Below, in pieces: positions 51,501 to 61,064 of a stretch of DNA of 64,000 bases. A model generated the notes under the pieces. The model saw nothing but the letters and a program-made list of their open reading frames with translations. It made no database searches and was not told the DNA's origin. The stretch spans positions 49,662,001 to 49,726,000 of the forward strand of contig OZ076415.1 in NCBI GenBank assembly GCA_964187785.1. The letters run 5' to 3'. Source of the DNA: Amphiscolops sp. MND2022 (Eukaryota). Within the stretch, counting starts at the first letter, position 1. The number at the start of each line of letters is the position of its first letter. Position numbers and translations under genes: made by a program.

Positions 51501-52054
51501 AGAGCGAGGCCCCTGAAATCGCCTTCGATTTTGAAGATGAAACACGCCCCCCCCCAATCATGGAGATTAGGTCCTCGACGAAAGAAGCTTGAGGAGACGG
51601 AAGAGCGGAGTCAGGATTAAAAGAAGAGACTAACAAAGCACGAGGGAAAAGGCATTCCCCCTTAAAGGCGCGAGTCCCTATAAAAATATCAACTTCTTGA
51701 GAAGTACAAAAGAGTGGGCCAGCGAGTGTGCTGGAAAGAAGGAGGGGTTATTAAGTCCCACTAAGCGATATGGATATTAATTTTGAGGTTTATATGCGAC
51801 TCCATAATTAATTTGGGGAATGTGACAGTGAGTACAACGTGAACTGATTTAGTAGATATTTGTTTGTAAATAAGTACCTGCAACCTGCCTAAACCTCAGA
51901 TTAATCTGAGAAAGATTTGCGAGAGCCTTGGTTAAAAGACCGTTAGTTTCAACTTCAATTCATTCGAATTCATCAATACACATTCATTCCTCAATACGTT
52001 TTCTATTAGTTTGAGTTCCATGTCAACAATCTGACTTCACGTACAACGCTAACA
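48555..52054 (+). mobile_element. Ty3/Gypsy element C remnant: partial 5' LTR, pol (RT end, RNase H, integrase), polypurine tract and 3' LTR at 51821-52054
   Basis: 48555-48660 resembles 51825-51930; CDASKQGLGA near 49600; WWPRIHREV..CEQC; IDHFSGWPDA; TTTGGGGAA then TGTGAC...CTAACA. Confidence 0.85.
48660..49107 (-). mobile_element. Inverted fragment of a different Gypsy element (LTR, PBS, gag start)
   Basis: Minus-strand TGGCGCTGCGAGC PBS-like site at about 48782-48794, followed by the gag-like ETTQLANPAMDWDKWLDLFQV. Confidence 0.65.
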
Positions 52055-54854
52055 GTTTCAGATATCTTTTCTGGTCCAATGGCCTCTGATCGCTCACATA
52101 TGCTTGTTTCATCTCTGAGATTATCGATTTATACCTGATTCTGAGATTTTTTCTCATGAATAGCTTAATTGACTACCTGAACGTTCATAGCTTTCTTTAT
52201 ATTATCAAGCTTCTGAGTAATTCTGTTATCGATCTCAACAGTTCAGGATTCCATTTTCCATGATTCTCTCTCCATTTCCCAATCTAGTTATTTTCTCCAT
52301 AAATCTCAATTGACGGACACCCTACTTTGACCAGAACAACCGGATTAGCACAGAAAACCAACATAGTTTAATATTAAAACGTTTCTAGAGAGTTTTAGCG
52401 CTTTTTATGCAATTTTTCACTTTCCGGGCAAAAATTGATCTCCATTTTTGTTTAACGTTTTTAGCCATCATTATCACTTGTGATTGTGCTGTAAGAACAT
52501 TTTGAGTATTTGTAGCCAATATTAGCCCACTGAGATATGAATAGCATGCCCGGAAGTCGTATATACTCGCTACAAATGTAACAAGCTTTGTAAATCAAGC
52601 GATAAGTTCCCGTATTCTAATATTTCTGCATAAAAGGTCTTTTAGCTTGTTGGTATAATCACCTGATGCACACGAGATGCTGTATAGCATCATCAAAACG
52701 GAAAATGGACTTTTATATGGATTAGTAAAGGTTTTGGTACTTTACAATTTTTCTCAAGTTAAGTTTACACCAGTAATTCAAACAATTCATTCTCGTGTAG
52801 ATGAGCAGAAACTAAAATTGGCTGGTTTCTTGAAGTTGTTAAATTACCTAACGGTGTAATCAATCACCGTGAACCAGAAAAACTAGATGAGATCAAAGAT
52901 ACACCAAATATCAAATGCAATCGAAGCTGCACCTGAAGACAGAGAAACTTACCAAATTCAAGTGACTTTTGGTACGTTCAAAGATACAACACGAAAACTT
53001 GGGAAGTTACGTTCATGTAACGGGAACAAAAACAAAAATCAATACATACCGGGAATTAACACAAAAAGAGTCTTTTCAGGGGTTTCGATAGTTTCTACGA
53101 ACTGTCAAGTTATTTCGTTCTCTGTGTTGTCGCTCTGTCTGTTCTCGTCCTCGTTTTGCATTCAAAATGGCGGAAACAGTGCAAAGAGCAATCACATGCT
53201 CAGTACCACGTCATACATTGAGTTAGAATTTTTTTTACCAAACTTACGAAAATGTCCAAATTGCAATATAGACTGAATTAGTGTGTCAGAGGTGCCTCTT
53301 ACATAGAATTGATGACTCACATTTTGCCATCTTTTGTTTTCTATGCTGGTAAACTAGACTTTATGCGAATTTCAAGTTAGAACGCTCCAAGGCATTTCAA
53401 CCAATCTATTTTTGGTTCTTACGGAACATCAAATCCTCGCTCTTGGAGTTTTTTCTGTGGCGACCTTCATACTAAAATCCTGTAAATTATTAGAAGCCTT
53501 GTATGATGATGTATGAAGTACAAGAAATAAATCCACGCAAATCATAGGCTGACCACAGTGTCCTCCACATGTTTCCACATCATGGTTCTCTCTTGAAAAA
53601 CAACGTTTTGCAAAATAGGCCCCTCCGGGGCACACTGTTATTTCTGCTTTAATCTTTCATTAATAATCGGGTCATATCTGGATTACCAATACACTCCTGT
53701 TTAATCATTATTTAGCGCACATTTATTCTCTGTACCAGTTTATACGGCCTTTAACTCTTCTCGGACTAAAACAAATAACTACTAAGCGTAGACAAAGTTT
53801 TGGATTCGCTTTTTGAATGCAGGCAAAGCTCTCGGAGAACGAATAGTGAACACTCGTTCGCTTCATTTCAATATCTCGGCGTACGAAAGCATAATTACGA
53901 ACATTCGCTCGCTGCATGACGTCAGCTTACGAATGCATAATTACCACTCGTTCGTTCCAGCGCACGAGAATTGAATTGTCGTCGGCAGCTTGAGAGGCCT
54001 AATTCTCACGCTTATAGTCACTGCGGAACAAAATAATCTGAATTTTTCAGTATCACGACGAGAATTTTACCGAAAAAGTTGGCATCTTGAGGTTTCAATA
54101 ACATTTCGCTATCGCAGAAATAATAACTATTAGATTAAATAAGTATACGATAGTCAATCACCGTTGATTCTATGAATATACTCGCTTTTTAGCAAATTAA
54201 CCGATGACTTTTGTAATGATTGTGAAAAATACTTTTTTTGTTTTTTTTTCGGCTCTTTTGAGTCTTTTGGAAACTTTCATTTCTCCCTCGTTTTCATAGC
54301 TGATTTTGGCTTGAGAAAAAGTAGTTCTGAAATTTTTTGTTCGAAACTTTTTTGAAAAAAAAAGAAAAACGAATTTTTGTTTCCAGTTGAGGAAAAAGTG
54401 GTTTCCGAGTCTTATGCGTATCCCTTAGGGTAATTTCCGGCACTGAGAAATTGATAAACGTTTAAAAATAGTGTCCTTTGCATATTTAAAAAACTTGAGC
54501 GCCGACTTGGGTCGGTCCCGACGTGTTTATCTATTTGATCTTATATTACTACAGCCTCGGATTGGTATTTACTGTTTCACGTACCGGACGTTTTCTATGT
54601 CACTGGGCATCGCGTTAGTTTCAACAAATTGCCTTTACACTTTTTATCAGTAGTTTTCAAAGTTAAAAAAGAAAGTCGAAAGACATCGAAAACTTGAATG
54701 AGAACTTTATGTGAAATGAACGTTGCTGATGAAAGCATGAAAAATGCAAACTTTTAAACCATGATGCTGTGAGAAAAGGTTTGAAAGTATGGCCTTTGAA
54801 ACTGAAGTAAACAACTCCCGATGGGAAAATGTGATCATATCGAATACCTTTGGG

Positions 54855-55950
54855 CTATTGGATTAGTTCAAACTGCTTTTTCAGATTTTCATTCAAGTTC
54901 GGTTCCAAAATATCTGAAGCTAAACAACTGAAGAAAGTATTTGAATGTTCCAATAAGTATTGGAACTCAGTTGTTTTTAGTTTTCTCAAACTTGTCGCGT
55001 CAATTACCTTAGGGACAAAAATGCAATAATATCTCATGCAAACTGATGAACGTTTGTGAGCTTAACTCGTATCTTGCAAACTCTTTTCATTACTTCTAAC
55101 CATGATGTCAAATATCATACATAAAGACACTGAAGCTTTGGTGAGAACATTCCAGCATTATTGGAAAAGGTAAACACTTTTCTTCACAATGAAAGATGAA
55201 ACATACTGACGAAAGTTACAAAATTACCTGATAAACACAATGACGGTTACTAAAAATACACAAGATCAAGTGACAATGTCTATACTTGATGTAACGACAA
55301 GCTCTCACCAGGTCGTCATTTCGTCATAGAGTGGTGGAGGTACCTACAGCATGGGTGTGTGCCCGGGACAGGCTCCCATGACCAGAGGCCCACTTTGCCT
55401 CCTTCGGGTAAAAGTTGTCTCGTCAGAGGAGGATTCCGCCTCGTGTGGAGTACTCGCCGACTTGATCCAGTCTTCTATTGCTATCGGTAATGTGAATTAC
55501 ACTTTTGCATTGAAATTACCACTCAGATAGCCTTTAAAAATGTGGGTGGAGACAAACATAAATTCTCGTTCCAGGTTCTATTGTGATATCAGTAGCTGAC
55601 GAGCTAAACATTCCAACAAAGTAGTAATTTATTGCACTACTGACATGGCAAAGGTGACATTCAAAAGGGCACACAAGCATGAATGCTTATTTAGGCAATG
55701 ATAAGACGCATTTCAGGTTCTTGCAACACTAAGTAGCAACACGCTAAAGAAAACGCAAAAAGGCGATGAAAAGAGTCTATTAAATTACTGAGTTTGAGTC
55801 AATTTCAGCGTTTCGCTAGCACAAGTTCGTCCTCGTTCTTTTTGCAAAAGGGTCTCTGCCTCTATTTGCCGTTCTGGCTCTTTTCAATTCGTCGGGCAGG
55901 TACTTGGTAAAGACACGGAGTCTCTCAGCGGAATACGACAAAATCGTCAT
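54855..55950 (-). pseudogene. Heavily decayed gene remnant starting at the ATG at 55950, downstream of the shared leader; product unknown
   Basis: MTILSYSAERLRVFTKYLPDELKRAR.. then fragmented protein-like frames; GC-rich at 55300-55500. Confidence 0.35.
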
Positions 55951-56071
55951 ATTCTACTTCCCAATCCACTTCTTAAACGATATTTTCACAATTCGAATAT
56001 TTTTGTCAATGAGAGGTCGTCATTACATCACTCCCCGGGGTTTATTCTTGACGTCCCCGTCAAGTCGGCGA
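55948..56071 (-). promoter_or_regulatory. Shared leader copy A (paralog at 59731-59854)
   Basis: 70 of 83 nt identical without gaps by manual alignment; colinear AGTCGGCGA 33 nt further out in both copies. The repeat is direct observation; the function is inferred. Confidence 0.6.
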
Positions 56072-56752
56072 TAGGTAGCAGTAAACACACCATCGTCATC
56101 ATCGATTGTTGTCCATCATTGTTTAAGTCACCGTGCCAGAATCCACGCAGGTTTTGCTTCAGAGAAAATGTTCTGTTTATCTTACGCAACTCTTTACGCA
56201 ATTTACCACTGCCTATCGTGAACAAACTAGGCAAGTAAATTTTCTTTTCGGTCTCACTTTAGAAAAACATTTTTTGTGACTGTTACTCAGTTAAAATTTC
56301 TTCTGCTGACACAAGACATTGATCAAACATTTTTTGGAAGCTCGAAAGCTCCTCGCTGCTCGGCTGGGAAAATAATTTTTGAGAGCAGTTGCCTTAAGAA
56401 CAGTTCATGGTCGATTAAAACTTCTTTTATGAGACATTCTCGTCTCGGTCTATGCTCAAGGAAAAAGATTATTCGTAGTTACTATTTTCATCGATTTTTT
56501 GTTTATTTGTTGTCTCTTTGGTTCCCTTCTTTTTTAAATTACCGAAGCATCTTAACTAAACAAAACTATCCAACTAAAATAGCTTTTTTAGCACCAATGG
56601 TTAGCAGAGAGCTGCGAGTAAAACATCAAATCAAATTGCAAAATTTTATTGCTATAATGTAAATAATCATGCTAAGGCGTTGTTTGATTAGTCTGCTTGA
56701 CGCAAAGGAAAGTGAAGCCCTCGGGGTTCACTGCCGTTAATAGCGCGTACTG

Positions 56753-59733
56753 CTATTGGGGTTGTTGAGAGTTGTTATCAAGGGGCTGCCGAATTGTGCC
56801 TTTCCCTCTGATGGCTACTTCCTTCTCGCATCTCGTCTAGTGATGCCTTCTTTCGCGCTGGGTCTGTTAATCTTGCTCAGTTTTTTCCGTTTCTGGAGTA
56901 GTTACGTCCTCTGGCGTGTGGTGCCCATCGTCCTCTTCGATCAGGTTCACCACGGATGAGGGAGTCAAAGGAGGTTCGGGAGAGTGTTCTCCACTTCCTT
57001 GATTTTCCTGACCTATTGCTGTTTGTGATTGTCCAGAAATTTCACTCGAGCTATTTTCAATAGTGGTTTCCGGGACTGCCACATCTAGTTGCTCCTGAAC
57101 GCTTGGGTTTGAGTGCGCAGTTATGCTCTTTTTCTGCTTGGCGTTCACTCTGGGTCGCAGATCAGGTCTGTTCTAGAGCCCGCAGGCATCAGACAAGTGT
57201 TCTTTGTCTTCTTGTTCAATCTTTTGTCGGGATGCTTCCCATTCAGGTCCCTGGGGTTCACTAAGGAGCTCCATTACATTGTAATGTGTTTCAGCTGGCA
57301 TATCACTTCCCATAGTTACCCTTGCCTCCGGATTCCATACCTGTGCAATTTCAAGTGGGACCACCTTTCCTTTCCTTCCCTCGCCTGTCTTCCAGTGTTC
57401 GCGACATCCATATTCCCAGTTTAAAATGATCGCAGTAACAATATTGTTCGTTGAATCCCCGTTCGCCCCAACTGATAGGTTTAGCTCTGGAGAGTCCTAT
57501 TGCTGCTCGCCAGTATCGCGTCGGGGTCTTGATCATTTGGAAAGCTCATTCCCTGTTGAGATGAGCACCTAGAGCTCGCAAGCTCTCATTTAGGTATGTT
57601 CTATTGCTGCTCAAGCTCTAGTTATAGCGAACAGGCATTCCTGAGAAATCCAGTGGCGAAGCGTACCAATTCAGAGGTCCATATTCGCGCGGTAGGGCAC
57701 ATGCTTTTTTCGTCCTGGTCAGCAGGATTCCCATCAGGTTCTGTACTTGTTGAAATTCAGCCTTGATCGTTGTGTACATTCCGGGCACTAACATGAATAG
57801 CCAACGTTCCAGCATTTGTTGGTAGTCATGAGATCTCTTGTTTCTGAGAAACGTCAGGAAAGATGTACTCGGGGTTTCAGTGGCCAGACGTAAGGGTTTC
57901 GTTGGATACCTTAGAATTCCTATTGCACCATAAATGGGGGTTCCCACGGGTGCTAACACTGGTATCAAGTCTTCCACTTCTGATAGAGTAAAGTCGGCAA
58001 GTTGATTTGGAGTGAGGAATCCTGCCACTTCAGATGTCAATTGTTTTCCATCATAAAGAGGCTGAATTGAATCAATGCCCACAAACACGCCAGACGAATA
58101 CACCAGAGCGCAGTAGAACCAATGCCACAAGGACAGCTTCATTGCTTCCATTTGTTCTGGATATCCTTGTGCAACTTTCCTTTTTAGGATTTCAGCTAGT
58201 GCGAGGAGTCCCTTCATGTCTCCTTTCGCCATCACCAGGTATGAAAATAGGCGTTCTATGCTGCATTCTGCTATCAGTTCAGCAAATTTCATCATTGGTC
58301 CAGACACGAATTTTTGTTGACCGAAAGCCAACATCAGTGCCAATACTTCATTAATGCTCATTGCCCCGATCGTCTCGCTCAAGTCTACGATCGTGCTTTC
58401 TTCAAGTCCAAATTTCACACGGATGGCATCAGGGCTCCAGCCGAAGCCAAGACACAAAGCAAACTGGTCTGTAGTCAAACCCAATTCTTTTGCTATGTCA
58501 GCAACCTTACACGCACGCAATGGTACATACCAGCCAACGTAGGTAGTGTCGCATGCCTGGATTTCCGCCCGTGAGTTTGGCAGCGATGTATTTTAAGCCC
58601 AGCGACATCTTTGTCAGGCAGATATCCGTTGCATATCTCACTCTCGGTATTGCTTGTTCTATTTCACGGGTATCTGTTACCTTTCCCATCTCGGCAGTTG
58701 CTTTCGCCTGATCAGTTCTTATTGATGTTTTCTTACCAGAGGAGCGCGCACGCTCCATCCAGTTGTGAAGTCTGATTGCCTCGCACTAGGCAATTGTTGG
58801 TTCTGGGAGTCTTCGTTCCCTTCTGCATTGAACATTAGTAGTGCCATTCTGGTGCCGTGGTCAAAGTGGATTGCATCATCCAGGGTCAATTGTGAATTTC
58901 CCGTGGTTTCCACTGATTGCAAGATCTCCGAGACTGACGCAATGTATCCCATATAAGATAACCATGATGGATGAAAATCTCTTCCGCTCACTTGCATGTT
59001 CGGGCACAGATAGCAAAGTCTACTCCTCGACATTGACATATTTCTGTCACTAGATAGACGAAACGTTGGAGGGTCGAAGGCCATTGATTAAATCCAGGCG
59101 GGGTCACAAACAATGAAGCTGTGTTCAGCTTGTCTTCCATTATTTGTTGGGCTTTCTCCATGACCCTTACCAGGTTGATGGCAGCGTTAAGGATTACCAT
59201 TCTTTGAGCAGTCGTCGGGTCACAACAGATTTGTTGCAGTCACTGTTTTTCCCCGATTGGCGTCGTAATGGTTGCGGTTTTCACCCTCTGAGAGCCTGGT
59301 CATTGGAACTTCACAAGCTAGATGGTCGAATACATTAGAGAATATTACTCTCTCCATCGAGGTGGTTCGCGGTAAGTTCCTGCCATTTCTGGGTCGAACA
59401 TCGCTACTACCACTTCGGCCATTTCAGGGATTCTGGAGAGTGGAATTGTCATCACCATAACGTCTGAGAGCACGTTGTCGATAGGGACGTTTTTCAGGAA
59501 GGTCGAGTCCACTATCAAGGCGTAGCGCGCACGCTGCAACCTTTCCTTTGGCATTGGTAGTTGGGCTTCTAAGTCTCTTGCGTACCTTGAATTGATCGCG
59601 AACGTCTCTCCCGTCAGCAGCGTAAACCGGTCTTCGAAGTGGTTTCTCAGGTCTATATTCAGAGAGTCTAGATAGTTGTCCTCTACTCCGGGGAGTTTAT
59701 TCACCGCCCTACTGAGCCACGCAGGCTAGTCAT
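56753..59733 (-). pseudogene. Intronless pseudogene of about 990 codons, unknown family; candidate endogenous viral structural gene
   Basis: Track ORFs 59345-59704, 58988-59200, 58719-59084, 58507-58758, 57618-58520, 57351-57536, 57173-57364 and 56867-57148 tile one colinear protein with about 5 frameshifts and about 9 in-frame stops. Confidence 0.7.
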
Positions 59734-59854
59734 ATTCTAGTTCCCAAACACATTCTTGAACGAAATTTCCACAATTCGAAAATTTTTGTCGGTTAGAGGT
59801 CGTCATTACATGACATCCGAACTTATCTCCGGGAATGTTTTTTCTAGTCGGCGA
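59731..59854 (-). promoter_or_regulatory. Shared leader copy B, ending at the ATG of the ~990-codon pseudogene
   Basis: Both copies end TAGAATATGAC on the minus strand and then diverge. Confidence 0.6.
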
Positions 59855-60269
59855 ATCACAGATTGTAACTTCTTTTTCCTCCGGTCCTGTAATTGAACCG
59901 GTTTGAACCGCTCCGGTCCTGTAATTTTCAACGCAATTTTTTTCCAAACATTTGTAATTGCTTACTTTTATACCTACTTTTGACGCTTACTCGAAAATCA
60001 ACGGTGCAGGTTTTGTTTCTGTAGCAAACTCAAGGATTTTGGGTATAACTGGGACGATTGATCAAAAATTCTTTTAAAAAAGGTTTTAAAAATGGGAACA
60101 TCCCAATTCAGCGCCCCGTTAAAGGCTGAACAAGGGTAGTTTTTAGTCGGCGCATTTTAGTAGAAAATGTGCCCGACTATTACAGTGGGTAGTTTTTTTT
60201 AGACACGAAAGGTCCACTTTTTTTTTCATTTGTTCAACAACCTCAAACTTCAACAACTTCAAACCTCAA

Positions 60270-60860
60270 CAACTCCAACCTCAGAAGCGCGTCCAAAACG
60301 AAAAGAAAAAACAAAACAGATGTCCACAACCTCGAAAACACACCTTAGCCCCACTTTTTTTGAGCACTTTTTTTGAAATTTTTTGGATTGCACCAGAGGG
60401 TCCCCCTTCATTTGTTTCGATATTTTGCAATACAGTGGATGTCAAAAAATCGCAAGAGGTCCCCCCTTTTACATTTTTCGGCACTGTGACACTGTTCAAA
60501 AATCTCATTAAAAAAGTTTTTTTGGGAAATTTTTTCATGTCTCCACAGAGTCCCCCCTTCATTTTTTTTCAAATTTTTTGCAACCAGCTGGAGTTTCACA
60601 AAGCCCGAAGGGTCCCCCTTTTAAATTTTGAGCCTTAGATATGGCGCCGACTTTGGCCGTTCTCGGCTTGTTTGAATATGTTGAAGGAAAATTATTGAGG
60701 AAACTCTCGCCTACCTCGCAGTACCGAAATTACTCAAAAAAATCCCTCTCAGACGCGAAAAACACTTTTCACAAATTGAAAACATCTAGAAATTCCAAAT
60801 TCGTTATTTTTTGGAATATTATTTTCCGAAAACGTTTGCACAGTGCCAAAACATATTAAG
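60270..60860. repeat. Non-autonomous repeat with internal subrepeats (GTCCCCC-TT, TTTT-GCAA, CAGTG-C); its ORFs are not genes
   Basis: Recurrent GTCCCCC at about 60400, 60459, 60550 and 60612 amid homopolymer runs; similar texture at 44900-45300. Confidence 0.5.
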
Positions 60861-60979
60861 ATCGAAGAGGTGAAATCAATAATGAAATAAATTGTTTTTC
60901 CAGAAAAGTCAAACAAAAACCCGAAAAGTGGGACCTTTTAATTTAGTGTACTTCTGGAAACGTAAAATTTTCTAAACAA

Positions 60980-61064
60980 GCGCGGAATTTGAACCGCGGA
61001 ACTCTTGATAACCAGTCACTGTCACCGTCCACGGGCACCCATGCTAACCACTAGGCCAAGCGGC
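60980..61064 (-). mobile_element. tRNA-derived SINE head or tRNA-like pseudogene
   Basis: A box TGGCCTAGTGG and B box GGTTCAAATTCC within a CGCGG/CCGCG T-arm; no canonical acceptor or anticodon arms. Confidence 0.55.

Noticed and set aside
52887-53276. 129-aa ATG ORF as a host gene
   Set aside because: No recognisable domain, mixed composition and no supporting exon structure
55311-55321. AGGTCGTCATT as a third copy of the shared leader
   Set aside because: An 11-nt match only; the flanks do not align
56276-56662. 128-aa plus-strand ORF between the two leader-linked genes
   Set aside because: Non-ATG start, AT-rich low-complexity composition and no motif
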